Position numbers and translations under genes: made by a program. The notes under the pieces are model-generated. The model saw only the letters and a program-made list of their open reading frames with translations, was not told the DNA's origin and did no database searches. From Gnetum montanum (lineage: Eukaryota; Plantae; Gnetophyta), in NCBI GenBank assembly GCA_015680685.1, contig MNCI01002140.1, positions 189,797-253,796 on the forward strand: a stretch of 64,000 nt of DNA, written 5' to 3'. Each line of letters starts with the position of its first letter. Position 1 is the stretch's first letter. Shown in pieces: positions 37,946 to 51,900 of this stretch.

Positions 37946-39532
37946 TGTTATAATGGCTATAAAAATAGCCTTTGTAATTGGGGTATTCATCATGAAATAA
38001 ATGTTTTTTTTCATTAGTATCTCAAATTATTAATTTGAAAATAATTTTATTTATCATAACATAGGTTATTACCATTATAGCAACTAAAAATCTCAGTTAC
38101 TAGAGAAACCAAGAATTCTCAGTGAAAAAACTTTGACATTAGATCTCAAGGACCTCTATAAAAACTAGGATTCAATGTGCCCTAGATGGCCTAATAGATC
38201 ACCTAGGTACTTAAGGAGGGAAAAACTGTGTAAAAAATGAAAATGCAAAATAGAAATCTAGAAGATAAATTATGCCAAAATGAAACAAACAAATAAGCTT
38301 GCACACAATTGGAACTATAAACTTTATTTTAGAAAAAATAAAGAAGCCAAAGAAAATGTGTACAAGATGACCTGTGGTAGCAAAGGGGTTCACTTTGATA
38401 GGGGTTTAGAGTCTATTGAAACTACTACGGTCAACTCCATGATCCAAAGGTTATACCACTTCTAATGCTTTCGAACCTTTGCTACTCCTACACCAAATCT
38501 ATAGCATTGTCAATGTAAGGGAATGAAAAGTGTGAGGGATTTGGATCACAAAAGTGAGCAACACTAGGATTTTTTATTTCCAAGTGCTCAGCATTGATGC
38601 CAAAATCTCACAAATATCAAAGGGGGATAACAAGGGTAACAATGCCTATGGGTTTCACGTTGGGGATTCAAGAAGCTTTGTGTGTGCTCAAAGCTCTCAA
38701 ATGCAAAAATGCCAAATTATGAAATCCTTTCATGGGTCTTGGTACTTGGGTTTTATAGGGTTTTGGACCAAAAATTTGACTACAAATTCTTCCTGATTAT
38801 TGATAAATTTTTTCTATGTGTAGGTGTGGTGGGTGTTTAAATCCAATGGGGTTACTATGTATGGTAAGTGCTATACCCCCATGGCATCAAAGTCATTCAG
38901 TTTACTAAAAATAGTAAATGAGAATTTCACCCACGTTGGGCTTCCAATAGTAATGTTGGACCTATAGAAGCCACACTGAGGTGCAGGGGAAACACTGGAT
39001 TCACATTGGAGCAACATTGCACCCTTGTTGGAGCAATGCTAGAGGGAAGGTGCAGCATTTGGGGGTGGGGGTTGGGGGGGGGGAGGGGTGGGGGGCGGCG
39101 TGGTTGGCTGGGGGTGGTTGTCAAGTAGCAATGATGGGGGGGATGCAATAGCAATGTTGGGGGGGCAAGAGTTATTACCCCCATGATGGGCATGGGTGAT
39201 GTTACACATCCCCACCCAACCCCCCCACCCCACAGGTGTTTCCAGCATAATAAATATTATACCCCCCACAAAACCCATCAAAATATCAATTTTGGTGGTC
39301 CCAAAGGTATTTTTAACCCCACTCCCTCCTTTTCCAATAGGCATACTATGAATTTTTTTACTTGGGGGTTAAGGTTTTGACAACTTATGAGGCATTTTTC
39401 AACCCCAAAAGCTAAAATATGTGAAATTTCATCTCTTGGATTACAATCTTCACATTTACAATGAAGTTTAGCCTAAGGTTTCATGGGGTGAGGGTTACAA
39501 AGGTTATAACATGCATTTTTGGTGGTGTTTCA
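37946..39532 (-). repeat. 3' LTR of element D
   Basis: TG..CA termini; 38170-38210 matches the U5 motif of LTR-B (GTAAGTTCC...GATC...TAGGGCACC); 38930-39532 is homologous to 56551-57101. Confidence 0.7.
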
Positions 39533-41594
39533 TTAGTTTCTCTTTGTTATTGTCTAGAGGATTGACACGATAGGCACCGACAAAGAATACAAAACATCAC
39601 TACAAGTCCATCATCGACATCCTCTCTCCATGCTTGATTCAATTGTATCGAACCATGCCAAAGAGTGCTTGTGATGATTGGGATAAGGCTATGATGAGAT
39701 TATGGTAATGTAGTCATAGGAAAATGGTCATGAGGACTAAAAATGTGTTCCATAGTTGACATCATGGCTATGACACTAACATGTTGGTCAGTCAGTGGTT
39801 TTGGCACTTCATGTTTTTTGAGATGTTGGTTACTTGGCAAATGCGTTTGAGGATCCAACATCTTACTCCAAGATTTCTTTGGTCACTAGGCTCCTCCCTT
39901 TGCATGTTTGAAGCCATCTATTTGGGCTTTTTATCTACATAGGCCATTTGACTTCTTGGTAATTTTTTCCCCCATTTTTTTGGTTGAAACCTTCATTTGG
40001 GTTTCATTGCCAAGGTCAGTTTTGATATGGTTTTTCCTGCTAGATGAGGTATGTTACTTTTAGTAGACTTAATGGTTTTCCCATCAAACAGGATGTGTTA
40101 CACTTGATGAGCTTAATGGTTTTCCCATTGAATGAGATGTGTTACATTTAATGGACTTGATGGTGGAGCATGACGAAAGGATGTCATATGGTCACAATGC
40201 ATGAGTGTCAAACATCGTCAACATTATTATTTAGGGTAAGGAAGGCTATAATAAGGCTATGAGGTTGGATTCAAGTAGATGGTAATGGGAACGTAAATGA
40301 AACAAGCATTCTTGGCATAGTAGGACAAACTCACTGAATCTTGCATTTCGAGGTCACATGGTGACTTGCTGCCATGATGAGTTGCACCTTTGTGATGACT
40401 CCAAGCTTCATCCTACATGCACAACTACAAGAGAATAAGAAAACCATCCATAGAAAGCTTGTTGTTACAATATGATATATAGGGCTACATGAGACAACCA
40501 ACAAACCAAGCCACCATAGGTCACGATCATTATAGCATAGGAAAATCCATGCGATGTGCATTAGATTTACATAGTTTTGAAATTCATTCATTATGCCAAG
40601 CAAAGAAAGAGAGATAGAAAATGTAGGCTCACTTGTTATAGATCATCAAAGCCATCAACATCGGTCATTTTTTGCAACCTGTCAACAATGATAAACCACA
40701 CTACAAGAAAACATGTGAGTGTTAGACATAATCAGGGCTATTTGATGGCTTTCATGTTGCATTGCAAGGGTTTGATGAGGTCATGAGTAGGGTTGAGTTT
40801 TGGTGAGGAACTTGGTCTCATGTATTTTCTCCTCACCATTGCAATCCTAGATGGGAACTTTGACTAAGAGACCCTTCATAATGTTTCTAGCTTTAAGGTC
40901 GATGGTCATTGGGCTACTTCAGGATGTTATGGCTATAGAGTGGAATGGTTTCAGGCTTAATTTTTGGGTACATAAGGTCAACTTGGTCAACATCACAAGA
41001 GGGGTTTATTTAGGTTTTACGGCTAGTCAAGTTTGCTTCCTCATTCTCTTAGCTTCATCCTGCATGACAACATAAGCACATCAAGTGGCGCCTATGTAAT
41101 AAAATTATTAAATAATGTCATAATAACATAAAAACACATCAATAATAATGCTTAAATTGATCAAAACATACTAAATCAAAGGTCAAACAAGGTTTAAACA
41201 TGATCAATAAAGGTTATAAAGGGCAGGCTAAAGCAAACAGGGTAAAACATCAGTCAAATGATGCATAATGGGGTCAAATGAAGGCCAAATTATGGTCAAA
41301 ACCATGATGTCAAATAAGGTCAAGTAAGACCTTCGTGATGTCAAATGACATCAAATGATGTCAAACCAAGTCCACCAAGGTTCAAATGATGCCCAATAAT
41401 GGAGAACTATGATCAAACAGGGTCAAATAATGCAAAAATGATAAAAATAGGGGTCAAATGACACCAAATGACATGACAATGATAGACAATAATATGGAAT
41501 GAGGTTAAGTAAGGTCAAGACATAGTAGGGAACAATGCCAAACAAGGCAAGGTGGGTGACATATGGTCTAGTATGATCAATTAAGGTCACATTT

Positions 41595-41815
41595 TGCCAG
41601 TTTTAGGCCTTGGCAGGTCATAAGGTTGTCAGTTTTAGGCCTTAGCGGGCCTAGGTCTTGCTAGTTTTAGGCTTTAGTGGGCTGAGGTCTTACCAATTTT
41701 AGGCCTTGGAGGGTCGTAAGGTTGTCAAGTTTAAGCCTTAGCGGGCCTAAGTCTTGCAAGTTTTAGGCCTTAGCAGGCCGAGGTCTTGCTAGTTTTAGGC
41801 CTTGGTGGGCCATGC
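41595..41815 (-). repeat. Tandem array, ~30 bp unit GGCCCGCTAAGGCCTAAAACTAGCAAGACC
   Basis: About 7 copies; a second short array at 44210-44335. Confidence 0.85.
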
Positions 41816-44559
41816 TAGGAAGTCTATTTCAATGGGCAGGGTCAAAGCAAGGCAGAGTTTAGTAAAACAAGGTGGAATAAAATAATATTGAAGTAAAATT
41901 TAAGTGAAAATAATCAGCAAAATGGAATAAAACATTGCAAACTAAGTGAAACAAGGCAAAATAGTGGACATATATATATATATTTGCTAGTTTTTTAATC
42001 ATTATTTTTTAATAAGTGGTGCAGGGCCAATTAAATGAAGCTTCCTTGCCTTTGGCCCTTCTGCATGTGCTGCGTGACAACCGCTGCCGCCTGTAAAATG
42101 ATGTGAAATGCCACATAGATGACAAATTTCTGTTGGTGAGATGGATGTTGTGGGATACCGTGTTGAATCGTTCCTGGCAGGTGGGATTCGCGTTCCTCCA
42201 ATACCTAGAAAGGCACTTTTCCTGCGGACAGACTATATTGTACTATTTATTTCATTGTTTGTTGTGTTTAAAATTGTAGGAAAATTCCCAACATACACAC
42301 ATGAATTCGTCAAAAATGTTCTTCTTGTGGGACACTCCAAGACCCCGACTGGCTTGCTGGCTTTACCACGACCGGTTTCTTCCATCCTCTGCAAAACCAT
42401 GTCATTGGCAACCAAGGCTTTTGAGTTTTGGATCATTGTTTGTCGTCATTCGCAGCACCTTTGAGTCTTATAAAGAAGTGGTGTAATGATGATGTTTTAT
42501 GTGATGGTGGGATTGGTGGAGACATGCACGACTTGACAATGATTATAATCGCAAAAGACAATGAATGGGTACTTGGCAGGCGTAGCTTCTTTCATTCCTA
42601 GGGGACACTCTACCCGTATATTTTTTCCTCTGCTCCATCGTCCACATTGCATGATTTTGCCTCACTACCAATCATCTTGGTGAACCGTACTGCCAATGCT
42701 GCTAAATATTGTTTCTTCCATGATCCTCTAAAAGCAAGGGTCTTATGCAGGAACATCAAATCATAAGGAATAAACACACCTTAACAGAGCTCAAAAGTGG
42801 CACCTATGCTACTTAAAAAACAAATAAAAGTAAGAAAATTACACCCTTCAAGCAATTGTTAATAAAAAATTTCAAAAAAGTATGCAACATTGAGCATTTA
42901 TTAAAACAAGTTTATATTATCTTGGAAACCTACGATGAAGCCCTCCATACAATACTCAAATGCAATGTGTTTTATATTTTGATACCAAACATTCATTGTA
43001 CATTTTTAGGATAAAGCAAATAATCTTGAAAAGAAGGATCTTCCAAGCCTTCACAGGCAACTGGCGACGCAGAAGGAGATGTAGGCAGCAGGCAACGTGA
43101 AAGAAGGTGTAGGCAGCTAGTGCAGTGAGGGGTTTCGCAGACGGCGGTGATGGATGACTCCTGATCGTGGCGACGGGCAACAACGCTGTTTGGTGGTGCT
43201 GGTAGATGGCAACGGCATTGAGCAGAGGTGGCCTGGGAAGGGGCATCGCAGCACATGGTCCTAAGGGCCAGTGTGGCCCTGTGCAGGGTTACCCAGCCTA
43301 TACAGGCCTGCGTGGCCCCTGCAGGACCTGCATGGCCTACAAAATTTTTTTTATGTTGCTAGAACGGTACAGTATGATGCAACAATTTTTTAACCAGTTG
43401 GAAAAGGCTCACATAATGACCATGAATATTTACTTGTAAACTGTAAATATTATCTACCATGTAAATGGTTCCCATGTTAAAGGAAGAAAAGAAAAGTTGC
43501 ATTTTAGGAAGTGGAAAATCTAGAGAAACTTGGTCTCACATTCACAGCCATCTATTTTTCTAAGTTTCAAATTTGAAGAAGATGGAAAGTATTTTGATTA
43601 CCAGAGCGATCATTATTTTGATTTTGATAAAAACAAGAAACAGCTGACACTAAGTTCTTTTAAAGAGTTAATATGTTAGTAGCCCTGTTTTGGTGTATTC
43701 AAATTTGCTTTTGCATAATGAATCTACTTTACTTTGATCATCATTTTTTTTATTAATATTCAGGCCTCTTCAGTGTTGATAGTAATGTGGTTGGTAATAA
43801 TGTTGGCAATAATGTTGATGACGTTTAGTCTCTAGCTATGTTTAGTTCTTTGATTATTGTTGTAACTATTTTCATTTGGTTATATTACTCACAAACACCA
43901 TGTATTGTCTTTGATGTTGCATGTTACCCAATGTAAACATGGTTTTGACAATTTAAGTATGTATATGGTTCTCTCATTGCATGATGTGATTCCAGCTACT
44001 TGTTAGTTTTAAATTCTTATGTTTTATATGTTTCATATAAACATAAAGGGTAAATGTATAAGGCCATAAAATAGAACTAGTAGATAAAATGTGATATGAT
44101 GACAATTGTAAACCATGGTATATGCACATATAAGTAAACTTGTAGACTATGTTATTAGGTAGATTGGTTACAATGTTGGTATAAGGACAAAAAAAGAGTT
44201 TGTTATGCTCACCAGTTTTAGGCCCTAGTAGGCCATAAGGTTGCTAGTTCTAGGCCTTGGTGGGTCGTGATATTGCCAGTTTAAGGCCTTGGCGGGCCAT
44301 GAGTTACCAATTTTAGGACTTAGTGGGCTATGGTCCATATCTACCTAGCAAGTATGGAATAATGTTGAAAGGGTGTATAGGGATAAAACAAACCATGAAA
44401 CAGGGTATAAGGTTGTGAAGGTGAACAAGCTTTCATTAGCAAACGAAGGGATAATATATTTACGATGCATCTATTGTTTGGCCTTTGATAAGTCAAAGGT
44501 CTTTCTTTACATGATCACACTCTCATCATGATACTTGTTTAACATGGCAATTAATAGGT

Positions 44560-47500
44560 ATTTTCGTTGATTAGCTTTGGTAACCTTAGATTCATTGTTG
44601 TTATTGTTGGTTTTGTTGATTCTTGCCCCAACTTGAGTGTTAGGTGTCTTCGCTTAAAACTCCACCTCCAAACCTCGATCAATGTTGACATAATCAACTA
44701 AAGGTAATAACATGCTATCTCCATGGATCACAATTTTCCCTTCCTCGTAGGCCAACTAAATCTCTTGATGTATAAGAGATGACACTGCACAAAGCTTAGT
44801 CAACCATGATCTCCCTAGGATCAAGTTAAACCCAGGTGTCTCTTCAACTACTAGAAAGTTGGAAAATGTGGAAAACTGTTCCCTGGCTACAAAATCCAAG
44901 GAGATAGAACCTTGCACCACTCCTCATGACCCATTAAATTATTTTAAGTGTTGAGGATGCGGTCACTTGGATATTCTTAGTTAAGCCTATTTTGTCAACA
45001 ATGGAATATGGTATCATATTTGTGGTTGCCCCATCATCCACACAAACATGATAAACCTTGTATCTGCCAACATGTATAGTGATGAGAAGAGGGGTAGATA
45101 ACACCTCTCCATTTCAAGAGTCAATTTTCACTTCACTATCACAAAATTTGAGCATGGGTTGATGCCCATTTTTCCTAAATGAAGCTTGCTCAATGATAGA
45201 ATGGATTGACTCGTTGTTGGCAAGCATGTCTCTACTCATAGGGATAGAGGTTAACACTTGAGCTAGTGCATCCCTATGTGTAGGGAAGGTCATGACCAAG
45301 TCATATAAGTTTGGTGATGTGTTCTTTTGCTTTAATGACTAGTTGACTTACTCCATTGTTGTGAGGAAGCTCTTCCCCTTCACATGTAACCTTTTGGCCT
45401 CGGTGGTCTTAACCTCCTCCATCATTCCTAGGGTTTATAGCTTAAGTTTCGGTGCATGTGCATTGGGCCCCTTGTCCATTAGTGTAGTTGGTCTCAGTGT
45501 GGGTCTAGGTGGGTTACTATTACCTTCAATGAGCTTATTTGTTGGTTTGGTGACAGGTTGTTTCCATCACTATTGTGATTATGGTTGCTTGCTAACCTCT
45601 GAGTTGTGGACCACTATAGGTGGGCTTTGATCATGGGTTGTTGTGGTCTTACTTGTTGAAGGTGGAGGAACCTGAATAATGAATGGTTCCATAGGCTTTG
45701 GAGGATTAGCAACTCTTTGATTATGTTGTGATGTTGAAGCCATTGAAGTGGGAATACATATGATGAAAGGCTTCTTAGGGGCTAGAGGAGGTGGAACTCA
45801 TAATGATAAATGGCTTTCTAGGCTTTGGGTTTTAGGGTTGCGATGGTACTTTGATGACAAATAATTTCCTAGGAGGTTTAGATCATTTGGTTTCTATGAA
45901 TGAGGCTACGATGTAAGAGTTATTGTTAACACTTAAAGAGTTGGACTCATTCAATACCAACTCTCCATAGTCTATCATCTTCTAGAGGTCATCCTTTAAT
46001 GCTAGGCAAAATTAGATGTCATGACCAGCCATTTGATGATAATGGTAATACCTATCCAGCCTGAAGTACCTTGGTAGCTTCGAATCATCTTTGGTACCTA
46101 TCGTTAGGTCACTAGCCATGTCACAAAGATGATTGTGCCTCTTACGAGCCTCTTTAGTCAATTGCTTATGTTGTACATGGTCATTTTTAAGCAACTATTC
46201 TAGAAGCTCAGAGGGCTTCATAAGCAACCTAGTGCACTTAGATCTATCCTTCTATCCAAAGTTTGATCTTAGTTGATTTGAAACGTAAGAAGTGAATGGT
46301 TGGGATAAGTCAGAAGATGTGTTGCATGATGGTGATCCCTACCTCTCTCCTTGTTTTGATTCTTTTATTACTATAGCCATGGTTGTATGTTCTTGCTTGG
46401 TTTTATCCCTATTCCTCCTTGCATGTTGGTTTTTGTAGGCCATGTAGGCCAAGTCATTGCTTCTCTCAGCTACATCCTCAATGTTCTTAGTTTGCAAGAA
46501 GGCTTGGCTTAGTGACCAGTGCTCTAGGTAGTAAAGTTTTGACTTGCTAAATTCATTTCCTACTCCCTTATAAATGGACAAGAGGTGAGTTTTAGCAATA
46601 GGCTTTGGAATCTTATTAAGTATTAAGTTACACCTTTGAATGAACCTTTTTCCCAGTTCAAGTGACCCCTGCTTTGCCTTCATCAGGTGATTTAATGTGA
46701 CATTAGACTTTAAGTTGTATCTGAAGTAATTAAAAAATTGGTTAATCAAGCCTTCAAGGGAAGAGATAGAACCTCTAGGCAAGGTTTGATACCAATCTAT
46801 AGCCTTACCCTTAAGGAACATGGAAAAAATTCTCAATATTGTATGAGGCCAAGCTTGCAAAAAGAGGCACTCAAACTAGAAGGTGATTAGAAATGCATTG
46901 CGATCCCCTTCACCATTATATTCGGTGAAGTTTGGATAGGCAAGCATGTGGACAAGGTTATTTGAGGTACCATAGGACTTATAGGATCATCTTGGTAGAA
47001 ATCTAAAACCTTGAACATATGAGTTGTATTGGCCTTGACTTTTTGTAGCTCTTTAGTAAAGTCTTGGATCATTTGGAAGGTTTGATTCAAGCCTTGGGAC
47101 ATTCCTGTGGGCTATGATGCTTGTGTTGATGGTTGAGGAAGAAGTTGTGAGACCTAGGGCTATGTGCTGGACATTGATACAAAAGCAAGAGGTTGGGTGA
47201 CCACCATTGTAGGTGGACTAAACAAGGAGAAAGAAATATGAGTTGGGACATATGGCATGAAGTGAGAAAATGGTAATTGAAAGGCTTGTGTTGCTTGGGT
47301 ACCTAATGAGGGTCTTGCCAATATGAAAAAGGGAGATGGTGACATCACTGATGCTAGGTGAAAAAAGTGAGGCTATGTGGAAAAGGGTATTGATGAGAAC
47401 AAGGAGGTGGATTTGTATATAGGTTGTGTCTTGTGTGTGGCAATGATGGGTGTGGACCCAAACATGATTGAAAAATAGGATGAGAGTTGGAGTGAAGAAC

Positions 47501-47800
47501 TTGTTCCATCGATGAAGTGAGAAACATGAAGTTGGATGAGCTTGTTTGGTGAGTTGGGGATTGGAAAAGACTTTCAATGAAGGTGTCTGGCTCCTATTCA
47601 ACCCCAAACTCATATTCCTCTTCTTGTCGATTCTCTAAGCTAATTCCCTCACTAAAATCATCAACCTCTATGAGTTCTATGAGCATTTGCACATGAAATT
47701 CTATGAGGGGGATTTCGTCATAAGGGGATGGAATGTATTCTTTCCCATCCCAGCATATGATTTCAAATCTAACACTTAGCATTTGATTCAAAGCATGGTA
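44560..47800 (-). pseudogene. gag: Decayed gag-protease of element D
   Basis: QAWPHTILRIF..KAIDWYQTLP..FRYNLK, YHYHQMAGHDI, LDFYQDDPIS, HRDALAQVLTSIP, FNLILGRSW; homologous to 18813-22586. Confidence 0.9.
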
Positions 47801-48689
47801 TCAAGAGATTGACATGTATCTTAGCATAGAGGAAGTTTTAGAACTCCTCATTAATGATTGCAAAATCTAGATTTTTGCCTCTTTGCCTAAGTGATTACCT
47901 TCATTCTATGACCACGAGGTCTTTTGAGTCATAGACACAAACTGCATCTTAGCTGGATACCATGTTTGTCATGTGAGGGAAAGTATGGTTGATAGGTGTT
48001 AAACCCAAAATTGGTTTCATTTTTTTTAATAAAGATCTTTTTCAAAATTAATACATTTCTATTATATATTATTTGATTAATGTCTAATTAATATTTATTT
48101 TAATTTATTATAGTGGTGAGTATTAGTTTATTAGTTTATTTTATTAATATGATATATTATATATTATATGTAATTATATATATATATATATGTCACATAA
48201 AGATTATAGTTTATATTATATAGGCATTATATATAAAATAAAGTATATAAACATTATATTAAAATTAGGGCACACAATGTTTGTCTTGATTTACCTACAT
48301 GCAGAGCTCATAGATGGTTTCCACATCAGGCTCAATGTTGTTGGACATTTCCCAACTTCATTTGGCAACTTGCAAGTCATTCTGCAACATCAAGGTGGTT
48401 TCCTTCTATACCGTGTTGAAGATGAAGTTCAAGTTCAAGTTGGAGATGAATGTAGTTATGGAGAGGCCTTCCCAAGCATTGTCTACTAGGATATATTCGA
48501 ACCTGCAACTGCCACTTGTTGCTGGCTGATTTATGATGTTAAGCAACCTCATCTGTATAATCCATCCATCTAGGATTTTTGTATCAGATTACCAAAGATT
48601 GAGCTTCTCCTTAAGGTCTATCTAAAGACATGCGACATTGGAGGTAATGCTATGGAAGAAATAAGATTAGCCATGTTTTCAATTTATGG

Positions 48690-48915
48690 GTTCTAGGAAT
48701 CTAAGGTGGCATAGCAATCCAATGGAAATCCAAGAAACAACATTTCCTTCAACAATTGCAGAGCTTCGCTAAAGAATCCATGCCAGGAGAATGCAGCAAT
48801 CATGATCATTCATGGAATGGACTCTGGTTTAGGCATTTCATTGAACACATTTTGCAACTCCTACAAACTCTGGCATCTGATGTACATATTCAACAATGCA
48901 ATTAGATTGTGGACA
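48690..48915 (-). pseudogene. PLS-class pentatricopeptide-repeat gene fragment
   Basis: Minus NALLNMYIRCQSL*ELQNVFNEMPKPESIP*MIMIAAFSWHGFFSEALQLLKEMLFLG. Confidence 0.75.
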
Positions 48916-51900
48916 TGGTTGTGATAGTGAAGATTCTAGAAGCCATGCTTGGTGTTCTTGTATTATAGGTCCATGTCATGTGGGAAGATGAAAGTAAATT
49001 CTTTGATAGATTTTATGTGGGAAGACTCTAAGGATTGTTACTTCACTACCTTCAACTCATCTCATGAAGCGAGCTCTGCAAGGAATCAAGATGCCATTTA
49101 AGGCTAGTCCTAAATGAATTAGAACAAGACTACACAAATAATTAAGGAGAGATGGTCATCACTATAATGATTGATGGGCTTGCCGAAGTAAGTCTGGCCA
49201 TGGGGAGGATGCTCTGCTAACATGTTATTTGGAAACACAAAGTGAATGGTTTCCATGTTAGAGGTGGAGTCACAAAAATTGAATATCACTGGGTAATTGC
49301 ATTTGGCATTGCAAAGCTACACCACCATGACTGCTGCTGCAACTACCACTATTAATGATAGCTGAAAGCCTCTTCTACTACTACCTCTACATCTTCTTTC
49401 CATGGTTTTATGAAGATGGACCTGCTGGGAACCAAGGAGGTGGCCATCTATGCCTGGGATGAGTCCATGAATACTTAGCCCAAGGTTTTACTTGGAACAT
49501 TTGCCTGCGATAATTCTCTTGTGGGGATCTATGGTTTTTCCAAGATGGAATTGAGTGTGGTGTTATGAGATTGTTTGGACTAGAAAGGTAGTGTAGAGAG
49601 AGACAGGATCTAGAAGGCCATGGTCATAGTCTTTAGAATTTTTGCACCTTCCACGATAGGTCCTATCTTGATTCTTGTCTCATTATTGGTACCAGTTGCT
49701 AGTCAATGACAATGACAATATGGTGTACAGCTCTAATGCAGCAAAGTTGTCATGTCTCTCCACCCACAACAACTCACACATGAATCTGCTACCACTATTG
49801 CCAGTCTGCTATGCTACCAAGCCAACCTCACCTTCACCAACTTTGACATAGATTGAAGGAACTGCCTCATCTTCAGCGGAAATGACCTACCTCTTTCACC
49901 ACTTTCATAGATTTTATGTTAATTTAATACATAGGGGTTCCCAACTTGGAATTTACCCCAATATTAATGGATTGGCATTGGGTTCTCCAATACCCAACCT
50001 ATTATTAAAAGGATTATTTTTATAGATTGTTGGGTATAAATAATACATTCAAACTTTGTATGGGAGGCTATTTTTTTTTGATTTTACAAGAGGCATAGAG
50101 AGGATTCTATTGGGAGAACCACACCAAATTTGAATTTTTGATTTTGCACAAAATTGTGAAAGAAGAGTGTTTATGCTTTTTGACAATTAACAGCCAACAA
50201 TGTTTTAAGGTTGTGAAATTGTTGCACTGTGGAGACAACAAAATAGGGTTACAAATTAGGTAACATCTCTTTTGTAGTCATCCTTATTTTTGATAATTTT
50301 ATTTAAATTCAATTTGGTTTAATTGATTATATTCATCTTTGAACTTAATGTTATAAGTTAAGATGAAATATTGTTGATTTTACTTATGGGTGATAGCCAT
50401 AAGTATGGTGTTCTGAATTGAATCTAGATCTAATCATTTTTTTACATCTTAATGATCTTTTGATTATAAACCATTCCTTCATGAGATATGACTTGCGGGT
50501 CATTCACAGACGATGTGCAATCTCTACGATGAAAGAAAGATAAATTTTAAAGGTATCCAACACTGAAATTTTCTTGGCTCATTAATTTTGCATCATTGCT
50601 AAGGAGGCTGGCGAAGTTAATCATCATCAAGAGTTCTATATGTTTTAATTTCATTTTGTAATTTCATATTCTAGGTACATTTTATTTTATTTTATGTTTC
50701 TTTTATTTAAGTAAGTTAATAAATGGTTTCTTTTACCTTTTTTCTTACATTAAAAAATTCCAAAAATAAGGAAAAATTCCAAGAATCAGCTCCTCTTCTT
50801 GTACAACCAGCTGAAACTATTTAAAAAGTTGCAATTAAGGCTACGATAGTAGGATTTATTAAATCAATTTGTGAATCCTTAGGAATTGTAGCCCATGAAT
50901 GTGCCAACAAAGAGTGTTCTTGTTAAATAAAACTAACAAAGCAACCAAAGAAACCAACATGAATTCAACCTTATAGGAGCACTCTTAGCCTTTATAAATG
51001 TACAAAAGTCACTCGAAAACAAGACCAAGAGGACCCAATATAATCAAGATCTAATTTTTTTCCCTTTTGACAACACAAAATCCCAAAGAAAAAACACAAC
51101 ATAATTTTTCCATATTTATTAATCCTCTATTTGATATTCCAACTACAACCATGAGTTCAACTACGAGGGTAGGATCTTAAAATTTAAGTACTACCCCAAT
51201 ATCTACTTATGTGACCACAATTTGAGCTATTACCCAACCAATGAGTACTTACCTCAATAGTAATCTCTACTTACATGATGGGATCATCTTCACATCATAC
51301 ACCTCCCCCATTTTCTTTGGGTTCAATTCCCCTTTCATTTGATTTTGTTTTTACCTTGTTTTTAACTTTTTCTATTTCTCTTTTCCATTTTTGTTGAGTT
51401 ATCTTCCTCTTTTTCTTTTGCATGGTCATCTTTTCTGATGAGTGGGAGTAAGAGTAAGAGTAATCAAAAGGGCACTCAAAAATCCAATGTTGTTCTAAGG
51501 GGATCCCACTGGAAAGACATGCACCCATTCCTGAAGGTTGGTGGCTTCTTTGGATTTAGTATTCAAAAACAAAAAAGAAGAAAAGAGAGGGAAAAGAAAC
51601 AAAGTGCCATAAAACAAAAATCACTCCTCCCTTGAACAAAACGCCAAGTGATCGTACACCTTGTTGTTTTGGTACTCTCATAGTCGTTCATCATGGGATG
51701 AAACAATGTGGTGTCACTGATTAAAGGAATGGACTTGGTCCTGATCTTGGAATGATGGGTTAATGACACGTTAATCATGCTTTTCACACAAGATTCATTG
51801 TGCCCTAGATCAGTTACCTCATGTCCTTATCTCTACGATCCTTTCTATACCCCGTCTCATCTCGCTGTTCATGTAATTGTAGTTTGTGTCTCGTATAGCA

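Larger units (their letters stand above)
37946..47900 (-). mobile_element. Tat-family element 'D' (minus strand): gag-PR, tandem arrays, 3' region and 3' LTR; no RT/INT; 5' LTR not seen
   Basis: Minus LTR 39532-37946 starts TGAAACACCACC after AACAAAGAGAAACTAA; gag KAIDWYQTLPRGSI, PR VCVDDGATTNMIP. Confidence 0.75.

Noticed and set aside
38927-39380. Pro/Gly-rich ORFs
   Set aside because: Produced by G/C homopolymer tracts inside an LTR.
41985-44040. PIF/Harbinger or Helitron call
   Set aside because: No transposase motif, TIR or convincing TC...CTRR/hairpin ends found.
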